A stretch of DNA of 63,310 nt, the filler included, from Pirum gemmata (lineage: Eukaryota): the NCBI GenBank assembly GCA_002812295.1. It is 29 parts of 29 records of this genome, joined end to end, with 100 filler letters (N's around TTAATTAATTAA, not from the genome) between each part and the next. Parts side by side here need not be neighbours in the genome. Positions count along the whole stretch, not along the records: positions 51,032 to 53,009 come from PDIN01009297.1; positions 53,110 to 55,061 come from PDIN01009298.1; positions 55,162 to 57,181 come from PDIN01009299.1; positions 57,282 to 59,111 come from PDIN01009300.1; positions 59,212 to 61,207 come from PDIN01009301.1; positions 61,308 to 63,310 come from PDIN01009302.1; 23 more parts are not named here. The stretch is one strand, 5' to 3'. Positions within the stretch are counted from its first letter, which is position 1. Each line of letters starts with the position of its first letter. The notes below the pieces were generated by a model. The model ran no database searches and had not been told where the DNA came from. It saw only the letters and a program-made list of their open reading frames with translations. Position numbers and translations under genes: made by a program. Of this stretch, positions 51,752-63,310 are shown one piece after another.

Positions 51752-53109
51752 GTTTGGAGGTACACAAAAAAAGGCTAGCGAAAAAAGGCAGCGAAAAAAG
51801 GAGCTAAAAAACTGCTGAAAAAGATTTATTAATATTTCCCAGAAAAACATATTTTTCTTCTTTATGTAGAAAACTTCAAAAATTATGATAAAAAAAGAAA
51901 ACACTCATAATTTAATTTTTTAAAATAATAAAATATGTAAATTTCTTGTTGGGTATTATAACAGCAACAACAAGAATAATAACAATAATACTAAGAAATA
52001 ATAAGAATTAATAACATTCTTATCCAGCTGTTCTTATCAGTACTACATTAGTAACAATTATTATTAGTATCAATTATTATAATGTTATTATAGCGCTTTA
52101 AAATTAGTCATGTATTTAATACTGTCATGTAATTGTAATAACAATATTAATATTATAATACCATTATTATAACAACAACTATAATATAGCAATAGCAATA
52201 GCAATTCCAATATAATAAAACCATTGTTAAAATGCAACAGTTATAATTATCTATCAATGATAAATAACATAACATAATCACTTTAGACATATAGTGCTTT
52301 TCAGTTGTTTTGTCATAAAAAAAATAAACAATAAATATTACCAAATTAATACAACATAAATCCATTTAATTTAATTTGGTATATTTTATTATCTATTTAT
52401 TGATTTAAAAATGTCAACTTAAAGATTATAACCCTCCAAATAAATGAAAAGCACGATAATGAAACTGTTATTACGGATTATGTCTCTAGGATTATATTTG
52501 TTTACGTTACTTATAGTGGTTTTCAGCTGGTTTGACATCATAAATATACAATAAATTGTAACAAATTAATACAATATAAATCCATTTAATTCAATTTGGT
52601 ATATTTTATTATCTATGTATTTGACATAAAAATATCAATTTAAATATTATAACCCTCCAAATAAATATTCGGAGTGGCAAAATAAAAGAAAAGCACGATA
52701 AACCCAGTCTCCATGTTATAATTATTATTGTATGATATAACAATAACAAAAAAATATTCTTTATTATAACAGTATCATAAGTTTTAAAAAAAAAATATGA
52801 TCGATATTTTTTATTTTCAAACTTTATTTTATATAAATATATATTATATTCGATTTTTTTTAACTACCAAGCCGGATAAAAATGGCCATATGAGCTCAAA
52901 AATCCAAAAAATATAAAAATGATCAGCGATTCAAAACTGATTCAAATATACTACGTAACGAACGCCAATTTCCAGTCAAACACAGCTTCAAATACCCCTA
53001 CCTACCTACNNNNNNNNNNNNNNNNNNNNNNNNNNNNNNNNNNNNNNNNNNNNTTAATTAATTAANNNNNNNNNNNNNNNNNNNNNNNNNNNNNNNNNNN
53101 NNNNNNNNN

Positions 53110-53152
<43 letters not shown>

Positions 53153-53931
53153 CGAATATTCAGATTTTACACTGGTGACATAATAATTACCACCTTCCTT
53201 TATTTAAAATCAACTATCGTGTTTTTCAATAGTGTTGTCCAGTTCAAAAACCGAAATAAACATACCAAATTACTATTATGGTTAAGCTATTCAGGCATGT
53301 TTTAATTAATTAGGTATTTTATACTTAATATTTCATTTTATAAACAAGTTCAATTATACACTTAAACAGTACCAAATTAAAGATTGAGAGAACAACTGTT
53401 TGGTTGTTTGGGTCATTGTTTGATTTATTGTTTGATTTGGTTGTTTGATTTATTGTTTGATTTATTGTTTGATTTATTGTTTGATTTATTGTTTGGTTTA
53501 TTGTTTGGTTGTTTGATTCATTGTTTGATTCATTGTTTGATTTATTGTTTGATTTATTGTTTGGTTTACTGTTTGGTTGTTTGGTTCATTGTTTGATTTA
53601 TTGTTTGATTTATTGTTTGATTTATTGTTTGGTTTATTGTTTGGCTGTTTGATTGTTTGGTTGTTTGGTTGTTTGGTTGTTTGGTTGTTTGGTTGTTTGG
53701 TTGTTAGGGTTAGGGTTAGATGGTTAGGGGTGGGGGTAGAGGTGGGGGTAAGGTTAACGTTATTAGGGTTAGGGTTAGGGTTAAAAGGTTAAAGTTAAGG
53801 TGTTTGGTGGTTTGGTTTGGTTGGTTTGGTTGGCTTGGTTGTGATACTATGTTATATTGTTGTTTGTTTTTGATGATGTTGTTATTGTTTTCCATGAACT
53901 AAAAAACAGATTCTTTTTTTTTAATTTTTTT

Positions 53932-54120
53932 TTAACTACCAAGCCGGATAAAAATGGGCGACATCCGCCATATATGAGCTCAAAAATCCAAAAAATCTCA
54001 AAATGCTCCAATTATAAATAAAAGTACTACCAATTTTTGAGAAATTATTTAACTAAAAAAACTCTATTATGAACCAATGGCTAGTTTTTAAATATAATTT
54101 GGATAGTTATGATTAAAGGT
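53932..54120 (+). mobile_element. Repeat family E (end ttaactaccaagccggataaaa)
   Basis: Homologous pieces at 51290-51555, 52860-52925, 27760-27960 and 10526-10632. The opposite end, ttttatcc.gcttggctgttaa, is its inverse. Confidence 0.65.
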
Positions 54121-54134
54121 TTTTATAGCTAGCT

Positions 54135-54281
54135 AGGGAGCGTTCAAATAATACGTCACGTCAAGGGGTAGGTAGGTAGGGGGTGTTTGACCGGAAATTA
54201 ACGTCGAGGGGTAGGTAGGTAGGGGTATTTGAAGCTGTATTTGACCAGAAATTGGCGTTACGTAGCATTTGAACGATACCC
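54135..54281 (+). mobile_element. MITE family C copy
   Basis: agggagcgttcaaata...atttgaacgataccct. Confidence 0.8.
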
Positions 54282-54511
54282 TATTATAGACTAGCAAGCA
54301 AGCCGAATAAAAATCATAAAACTGTAGAAGAAAGTTTCTTTTCTGAGGAAATTTGGGGTGACGTGGAACAGTGGAAGCCAGACAATTTTATTTCTTTCAT
54401 GTATAGTTTGTTTTGAATTTTTACATTATTATTAATATTAATATTATATAATACGCAGTTACATTATTACGAGTAGTAGTAGTAGTGGTAGTGGTAGTAG
54501 TAGTAGTAGTA

Positions 54512-54582
<71 letters not shown>

Positions 54583-55029
54583 TAGGGTTGGGGTTAGGGT
54601 TAGGGTTAGGGATGGTGGTGGTGGTAGTGGTGGTGGTAGTAGTAGTAGCAGAAGTAGCAGTAGTAGAAGTAGTAATAGTAATAGTAATAATAGTAGTAGT
54701 AGTAGTTGTGGTCATAGTAATAATAATAATAATATCATTAATAATAATAATAATATTAATAATAGTAGTAGTATTAATAGTAGTAGTAGTAGTAGTACTA
54801 GTAGTAGTAGTAGTAGTATTAATAGTAGTAGTAGTAGTAATAGTAGTAGTAGTAGTAATAGTAGTAGTATGAATACGAAAGAGAAAGTCGTGGCCTGTAT
54901 GATGCATGACATTGTGTGTTTTACTTAATTTTAATTTTTAATAACTTATTTTTTTAATTATTACTTTTAAAATACATATAAATTGTAGTTTTTTACTGTG
55001 AAACTCAAATTATATATTTATTATTACTA

Positions 55030-55061
<32 letters not shown>

Positions 55062-55281
55062 NNNNNNNNNNNNNNNNNNNNNNNNNNNNNNNNNNNNNNN
55101 NNNNNTTAATTAATTAANNNNNNNNNNNNNNNNNNNNNNNNNNNNNNNNNNNNNNNNNNNNGGGATAAGGTAAGGTTAGAGTTAAGGTTATTTAAGTTAG
55201 GATCAAAGGTTTTAGGGTTACAGGGTCGGGGAGTTATTTATATATTGAAATATCGAAAAAAAAAAAAATTGAAACTGTTTA

Positions 55282-55314
<33 letters not shown>

Positions 55315-55704
55315 CAACTTTACTGTAGAGTCTTAATGACGTCATTTTTTATTTCGATAAAAAAAAAGGTTTTTCGAGCAGTTAACAATAATAATAGTTT
55401 TTCGAAAAACCACACATGTTCGGTTTCTTCCACCTCACCCCTCCCCCTTTCCCTTCAAAACAAAAAACAAAAAAAGATGGTATGCACTCAAAAAGTCTTA
55501 AAAAAAATAATACCATTATTTTTTTTAAAACTTCATTATTTATAAGTTGTTCATTATTATGTTGTTCATTTATATTTTATTTTTAAAATTGTTATTTTTT
55601 ATTTTATTTTTTATTTCAACTAATTTTTATTTATGATATAGGTTGTTTTAGTGTTATCTTTTTTTCCTCTTTTTTCTTTTTCAATTTATAAAATCATAAG
55701 AACG

Positions 55705-56402
55705 ATGAGTCAGAATTTTTTACCAGGAGATTGGGTTTGCCAAAGCTGCAATGTTCATAATTTTGCCAGGAATCAGAAATGCAGAGATTGCAAACAACCA
55801 AAAATTGGACATAACTTAAATAATGATCGTTATCCAGACCGTGGGTATAGAAATGGAGGTGGACGTTATAATGATCGTTATGATCGTGGTTATGATAGAT
55901 ATGATGACCGTGACCGTGGCAGAGTATTTATTATTATTTTTGTTTTTTAGTTATTTCTTTTTGACAAGTGATTTTTTATATGTTTGTTTTTTGTTTTTAT
56001 TTGTTTTTGCTTGTTTTTATTTGTTTTTATTTGTTTTTGTTTGTTTTTGTTTGTTTTTGTTTGTTTTTGTTTGTTTTTGTTTGTTTTTTTTTCTTGCACC
56101 TTTTGGTTTGTTGGATTGTTCTTGTCTTAATAGTGTAGTTTTATAGTTGTATCAGTGTTTATTATTTTAGTTAATTTTAGTGTTTTTATTTTTGTTTTTG
56201 TTTGTTGTTTTGGTTTGTTGGTTGTTTGTTCAATGCTTTGTTGCCCTTGTGTATGCGTGTTTGTGCTCTATGTCTGCATTTGTTTATTGCTCATTTTTTT
56301 TCATTTGTTTTGTTTAAAGATTCCTGCAAACTTCAAGCCAGGGGATTGGATTTGTTCACAACAAGGATGTCATCATCACAATTTTGCAAGACAATCTCAT
56401 TG
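55705..56402 (+). CDS. RanBP2-type zinc-finger RNA-binding protein, first 2 exons
   Basis: Exons 55705-55923 and 56320-56402: PGDWVCQSCNVHNFARNQKCRDC, an RG/RD/Y-rich linker, then KPGDWICSQQGCHHHNFARQSH. Confidence 0.9.
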
Positions 56403-57659
56403 GTATGTTATATACAACGTGTATTATTTTTATTAAAACAAATACTTAAGCCTTTACCAGCTACAGTTTATATATATATAAGTTAGATTAGTGCCCCAGA
56501 TCTATTTGCAACATGCGACACTCCTGGATTACTTATATTTTTATATTTAATATTATGTATACCTTTTTTGGTTACTTTTTGTTTTATTTTGTTGCAAATT
56601 TTGGAAGGAATGGTCAATAACTATCACAATGACTACTATTACTATTACTATTACTATCACTACTATCACTACTATTACTACTATTACTACTATTACTACT
56701 ATTACTACTATTACTACTATTGCTTCAATTACTACTATTACCACTATTACTACTATTACTACTATTACCACTATTACTACTATTACTACTATTTCTACTC
56801 TTACTACTATTGCAACTAGTACTATTTTTCACTTTACACGTGCTATTGCTATCGCTATTGGTTTTAGTATTGGTATTATCATTGGTGCTGATATTATCAC
56901 TGTTATTACCATTGCAGTTAGTATTTATATTGTTATATGATTATTATCACGAGTTATTTATTAGTATTGTTATTATGATCTACTATTGCTACTAATACTA
57001 TTGCTATTGCTATTGGTTTTAGTATTAGTATTATCATTGGTATTGATATTATTGCTATTATTACCATTGCAGTTAGTACTATTGCAGTTGGTATTTATTC
57101 CTATTATTATTGTAATACGATTATTATCCCTGTTCTTGTTATTTATTAGTATTATTATTATGATTTTACTATGGTTATATANNNNNNNNNNNNNNNNNNN
57201 NNNNNNNNNNNNNNNNNNNNNNNNNTTAATTAATTAANNNNNNNNNNNNNNNNNNNNNNNNNNNNNNNNNNNNNNNNNNNNCTACTTAAAATCCCCTGAT
57301 CTAAAAGATCAATCGAAAAATAAATTCAAAGTGAGTTATAAAAGTGCTATACTTTTATTTTTTATTTTTTTTATTTTTATGCTTCCACTTTTTATAAGTA
57401 CTTGATACTATAAAACTTAGAGAAGGTAAAAATACTGTAATCTATACTTTCATCATTTATAAGTACTGATACTATAAATTTTAGAGAAGGTAGAATACAT
57501 CGATTCGTAAACAAAACTATAAAATAACACTAAACTAAAGTTAGAAGTTGAATCTACTTTAATTTAATTAAAAAGAGTAATTTAAACCTTTTTAATTGTT
57601 TTAATTCTAAATTATAGAGAATAAACAAAAGTTTCATTTGTAATCCTTATTTTTTTAAA

Positions 57660-58991
57660 ATGGATAACAATCAAATGGAAGGTGTTACACACCAACCTAT
57701 TGCTAAAGCGACTGAGGTTACAACCCAAGAGCAAGCAATAGCCGATATACGAAGTTGGGCTACTGATGATCTTTATCCAGTACCTACTTACGACGAAATC
57801 AACTTATCTAGATACGTTCTTCGGGCTCAAAAGGTCGATAAGTATGAGGCTTTACAAGCTGTTGTAAAGGCACTCAATCGAGCCTGCACGGTGTTGCAAG
57901 ATGCTAAAAACAACCCCGATGCTACAGCCAAAGAGAAAGACGATTTCTACCATCGAGCTACCAACTTTAAAACCAGGTTGCTCGAAATGTACGAGGTCAT
58001 TGAAGACAAGGAGGATAGGGCACTACAAGCTAGTGCTAAGGCTAACCATAATATAAAAGCCAAGATTCCTTCTATGACTTTGAAAACGAAAATTGATATC
58101 ATTGAGTTCAGTGATACAATTGAAAGTCATATAGGCTTTCATTGTATACCTGCTCATGGTGTTGCTACACTAGTCAAACAGTACATCACGGAGTGTAAAT
58201 CTCCGTTCAAAACCGAGCTAGAGGCTTATATTAATAAAGCCTTAGCTACTCAGAATCAATCTGGTGATGCTATATCTCTACATGAGATTACAAAGTACAT
58301 GCTAACGATTCAACAGAAAACACACTTATCTTTGATGGACACAGTGTTGTTTTCTATAGCTCGTAGGGGTAGACATCGTGATGAGTCTAACCACGAGATG
58401 TTAATCAGGGCTGAACGTTTGTATCAGATGGTATTGCGTCAGTCTGGTATCCAAGAAGGGTCTGAGAGAAGAGAGTTGTATAACGACGCTTTCCTAGCCC
58501 TATGTTTCACTATCCTACCAACCCAGGCTCGAAACGACTATGACATCGAGACTACCAAGGAAGTAGGATACGAAAAATATAATTTTGATAGAAATTGGAC
58601 AGTAATGAAAAACTGCGCCAAGAAGGAGGACACCCGATACGAATCACAGGGTGGTTCTTATGGTGGCTCACAATCTAGTGACAACGGTAACAACGATTTA
58701 AAGAATCGTAAGAGAGGTGCGAACAACCAAACAGACCATGATACGACCAAAAAGGTTAAGTTTGGTTTGGACTATGGTCCACCTACTGCGGACAACCCAT
58801 CTGATTGTACAAAATGCAAAAAGAGGGTTAAAGATAGGTTTCACGAGAATACGTGTGAAACACTATCACGCGAACAACTAATCGCTAATATGAACAGAGT
58901 TGAGCATAGGGCCAAGACAGCTATACGTACGTTGTCCAAGCCCAGCCAACCTAAAAAGAATCAAAAGAGTCGAAGAGGTAGAAGATCTTGA
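57660..58991 (+). mobile_element. gag: Retrotransposon Gag-like ORF (443 aa), intact
   Basis: Intronless and more GC-rich than host genes. Contains an MHR-like RHRDESNHEMLIRAERL, a C-x2-C-x8-H-x3-C knuckle variant (CTKCKKRVKDRFHENTC) and a basic C-terminus. The AT-rich leader has a ~42-bp direct repeat at 57393/57457. Confidence 0.7.
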
Positions 58992-59826
58992 CTCCTAGCC
59001 CACGGCCTACCACGGGACAAAGTGTCAGCTGATTTAAACTATCAAAACGATATGTATAATCATCACTATGATGAAAACAAAGTAAAAATATCAAATAAAG
59101 AAATTTTAACTNNNNNNNNNNNNNNNNNNNNNNNNNNNNNNNNNNNNNNNNNNNNTTAATTAATTAANNNNNNNNNNNNNNNNNNNNNNNNNNNNNNNNN
59201 NNNNNNNNNNNGCAGTGACGCTTGAAGTTTGTTTCCCTAACCCTAACCCTAACCCTAACCCTAACCCTAACCCTAACCCTATTACTATTATAGGCAGGTG
59301 ATTATATATTATGCCCTGAAATTTGTGTAGAAAGAAAAAGTGTTAGTGATCTAATTCAATCATTAGGATCTGGCCGCTTGTATTTTTAATTATATAATGT
59401 TGTATTGTTATATTGTTGTGTTGTTGTGTTGTTGTGTTGTTGTGTTGTTGTGTTGTTGTGTTGTTGTGCTGTTGTGCTGTTGTGGTGGTGTGTTGTTGTG
59501 GTGTTGTGGTGTTGTGGTGTTGTGGTGTTATGCTGGAGTGTTGGTGTCTTGGTGTCTTGGTGTCGTTATGCTTTCGTTGTTGTGATATGATATTTATGTT
59601 GTTGCTGTGTTGTTTGGTCTTTGAATCGGACATTTGCTTGTTGTTTCTTGTGTGCGTCGGTTGTTGCTTGTTGCTTGTTGTTTGTTGTTTATTTTCTTAT
59701 TATTTGGTGGTTCAAACAGTATTGAATAATAAAAATCATATACCAATCATATAAAACAAAAAAACATAAAACAAAAAACAAACAATTAAAACCGTCAAAG
59801 TCAAAGAAAAAAAAAGAGAATAGTAC

Positions 59827-59999
59827 CCAGAAATTATTGTCTGCAAATATTATTTTGGCTTGATTTGGTTTAATCCCCTTAACATCATAACCCCAACGGC
59901 GGGCAAGTTTAACGGCAGTTTCACAAGCTTCTACACCAGTATTCATAGGTAAAACACGATCAAAACCAAAGTACGTTGTCATGTATTCTTCGTACTCGC
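59827..59999 (-). CDS. OAT: Ornithine aminotransferase, internal exon A
   Basis: [42 protein letters not shown]...IIFADNNFW, bounded by ag/gt. Confidence 0.95.
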
Positions 60000-60074
60000 C
60001 TAATAATGAGAATGAGAATGAGAATGAGAATGAGAATGAGAATGAGAATGAGAATGAGAATGAAAACGATAATG

Positions 60075-60535
60075 TTAAGTGTTGATTAATGATGGTAATG
60101 ATAACGATAATAACATTGGTAATGACAATTATGACGTTTATGATGATGTAGATTATGCTGATGCTAATGTTGATGTTGATGTTTATGTTGTTGGTGTTGA
60201 TGTTGATGTTGATGTTGATGTTGATGTTTATATTAAAAATGTTTATCATGGTAATGTTGGCTCCAGTTTTTATTTATTTTCTTTTAAAAAAATATCATAA
60301 AGAAAGAAGTAGTAATGTTAAGTTTTAATTAATAATGGTAATAATAACGATAATAACATTAGTAATGACAACTATGACATTTATGATTATTTAGATGATG
60401 CTGATGCTAATGTTGATGTTGATGTTGGTGTTGATGTTGATGTTGATGTTGATATCAAAAATGTTTATCATGGTAATGTTGGCTCTAGTTTTTATTTATT
60501 TGGTTTTTAAAAAATATCATAAAGAAAGAAGTAGT
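60075..60535. repeat. ~235-bp tandem duplication between the OAT exons
   Basis: taatgttaag...aataacgataataacatt...ttatcatggtaatgttggctc...aaagaaagaagtagt occurs twice. Confidence 0.85.
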
Positions 60536-60539
60536 CTAT

Positions 60540-60599
<60 letters not shown>

Positions 60600-60632
60600 T
60601 AGGCAGGTTCCATTTCCATAATTATAACTAAC

Positions 60633-60705
60633 CCGGTACAAATGGACCAAACCCACTGTAACTGTCTGGATCAGTGGACGACGAAACTGCAGCTATAGAC
60701 CGACC
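60633..60705 (-). CDS. OAT: Ornithine aminotransferase, internal exon B (not in ORF track)
   Basis: cag|GRSIAAVSSSTDPDSYSGFGPFVPG|gttag. This is the segment that directly follows NFW in OAT proteins. Confidence 0.93.
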
Positions 60706-63310
60706 CTGTTTTGATTTAAAGAAATTTGGTACTTATTTATTGTATGTTTTTATTCAAATTATTGTGGTTGCTTATGTTGCTATTGGTATACTGTTTCTTT
60801 GTTACAATTTGGATTAGGATTGGGATTGGGAATGGGAATGGTATTACTGTTTCCTTTGTTGTTATATTGCTGCTGTGTTGCTGTTATATAGCTATTGTTA
60901 TAAAGTTGTTAAAGTTTTGATTTGTTGTTGCTTTGTTATGTTTTGTTACGGTGATGGCGGTGTTGCTGTTGTGTTGTTGTGTTGTGGTGTTGTTGTGTTG
61001 TTGTGTTGTTGTGTTGTTATGTTGTTGTGTTGTTGTGTTGTTGTGTTGTTGTGTTGTTATGTTGTTGTGTTTTGTGTTGTTGTGTTGTTGTGTTGCTATG
61101 TTGCTGTGTTGCTGTGTTGTTGTGTTGCTATGTTGTTGTGTTGTTGTGTTGTTGTGTTGTTGTGTTGTTGTGTTGTTGTGTCGTTGTGTTGTTGTGTTGT
61201 TGTGTTGNNNNNNNNNNNNNNNNNNNNNNNNNNNNNNNNNNNNNNNNNNNNTTAATTAATTAANNNNNNNNNNNNNNNNNNNNNNNNNNNNNNNNNNNNN
61301 NNNNNNNATAATAATAATAATAATAATAATTGAGAATCTTAAACATTCAAAAGTTTCCCACACTGATTACCAGGTGTTTGTGGAAGTGTTGTGGAATATG
61401 AACACTGTTGGTACCTAACAGTAAATGTTGATGGCTTACTAGTTGTAGCAAGTAAATGCATGGTATATTAATAATAAACCGACTATTTGTTTTTTCAGTT
61501 TACAATAACTGAAAAGCTTGTTAAAATTAATAATAAGGTGTTGAAATTAAAAACAAAAAATTTTTTTTAGACTGAAAGAGTGATTATAGTTAGGGTAATC
61601 GAAAAACACCATTATTTGAATGTTTCCATTATACAAACAGCTACAGGTTTATGTGTTAATTGGGTCCACCATATCTTATGGCCTAAAGCTATGCGCAATC
61701 GTTGTATTTTGGTAGTTTTAAAACTTCCAGAGTAGGGGGAATAAGGACCAGGATTGGAGATCATAAGGATAAAACAGCTGAAGGGGATTATCCCGAGACC
61801 GACATTTATTTAGGGTTAGGGGGTATAGGGGTAGGGTTTGGGTTAGGGACCTTAGGGTTAGGGAGGGTAGTATCAGGTCTGATAGACTATAACTTATAGA
61901 CTATATGTAATTAGCTTCGTTGTTTCTCTACATCGAGAACCGAACCTAACTTTTTTTCGTCGTTTTATTTACAGTGATTAATTAACCCCTCAAAATAAAC
62001 CAATTTGTAAGATTTTTTTTTTTGTCAGAATCATAATTATAATATTATAATATGTGTCATTACAGTACGATACTAGTACGATAGACAGCTAGAAAGTGAG
62101 TGAAAAGCAAAAAAAAAAATAGTTTGAAGCAGAAAATGGTTATTAAAATGAATGAAAAATGAGCAGAAAATGGAAAAGTACCCAAAAAAATAGCAAAATG
62201 GTCGGTCCGGTCAGTCGGGAAAACGGTCCGGTCGGTCGAGAAATTTCTCGAAAAAAACCTCGGATTTGGCATCTCGTATTTAAGTGGATTATTTTTAATA
62301 ATTTATACTCCCCTTTATTATCAATACTTTAAAAATTTTGTAACAACTCTGGATTCTAATTTATTGGGTGTGTTTGGTAAAGTGAATCTAGAAGGGTATT
62401 TTTGCCAACTAAGACATTTAGATTGGTATTATAAGCTCTTTAATCGACATCTGGGTACACCTTTTTTTTTTTTTGCAAAATAAAGGATCAAAAAAAATAT
62501 CGATTCAAACGATGGTTTTAAATAATGACGTTATCATAAACACTTCAGACCACCATCTGACCTATCAGACGAAAATTAAGAGCTTCCAGATCGCACTTTT
62601 TGCTACTAAAATGGCAATCTAGAAAAGGGTGTGTCAAAAGTGACGTCATTATTGAATGTTCCCTTAGTTAAAACTTATTTTTATCACTGCTAGCTAGCTA
62701 GCTAGACTACTACTACTAGCTAGACTAGTCTAAGTACGTTATCGAATAGTACGCGAAAAATCTAAGCCGAAAAATCGGAAATGATATGTTTACACGAAAA
62801 TCAAGTGGGGTCCATTTATTTTTAAATCTTCGCAATATATTATAATTAAAAAAGTTGTATAATTTATAAACTACCTAAATTTATATAAAAAGATATAAAT
62901 GAATATTTTAGACACTTTTTTAGCTATAAAAAAAATTACTTTTTTGTGCGTTTTGCGCATTTTGTGTAAACCCCCTGTGGTGAGTGTAGACCCCTGACCC
63001 TAGCCCCTTTTTATATAGGGAATATCAATAATATGATAGATACTGAAGGTCTACAGACCGAACACCCCTAGACTACTAGACTAAGTAGTCACCAGACTAA
63101 GTCACCAGAGTAGTCTAGCTAGCTAGCTAGCTAGTCTATTTTTTTTTTTATTTGAGGTTCCTAGCTAGACTAGCTAGCTATCGTAGCTATGATAACTGAG
63201 CTATCAGATATCATAACTACTACTCTAGCTAGCTAGTAGCTAGCTAGTAGCTAGCCAGTATGATAGTATAGTAGCTAAAAAAACCAATCATAAAAATTAT
63301 TATTATTATT

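Noticed and set aside
61620..61810. Coding-like segment (ORF 61702-61899 and the opposite strand)
   Set aside because: No recognisable motif or consistent splice structure, and it runs into a TTAGGG-like repeat.

Overview
This window is not one locus. It is about 30 unrelated contigs of roughly 2 kb, joined by an artificial 100-nt spacer (44 N + TTAATTAATTAA + 44 N), so adjacency across spacers means nothing. The source is a very AT-rich, intron-rich eukaryote with the standard genetic code, GT-AG introns full of microsatellites, and interstitial (TTAGGG)n. Gene content is compatible with an opisthokont or holozoan protist (inference only). I reconstructed these gene fragments by splicing: DPY19 C-mannosyltransferase, SLC1/EAAT transporter, a secreted possible alpha-amylase, Nup160, myosin V-like motor, cytochrome b5 reductase-like protein, a coiled-coil protein, multicopper oxidase, a GPI-type surface protein, a PAN/apple receptor, MARCH6/Doa10, a RanBP2-type zinc-finger protein and ornithine aminotransferase. 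There is also a tRNA-Arg(ACG). Mobile DNA includes about 10 MITE-like families, a piggyBac-like remnant and an intact gag-like ORF. Best leads: (1) a decayed Fanzor/TnpB RuvC-zinc-finger C-terminus at about 6.7-6.95 kb, missed by the ORF track, with downstream hairpins that could be an omegaRNA; (2) a gag ORF whose UGA-C stop is followed by in-frame open sequence, a readthrough candidate; (3) two genes whose coding blocks are in permuted order; (4) a PAN receptor with an ITIM+ITSM-like tail; (5) repeated duplication of exon 3' ends. Family assignments come from motif recognition by eye; no searches were run.
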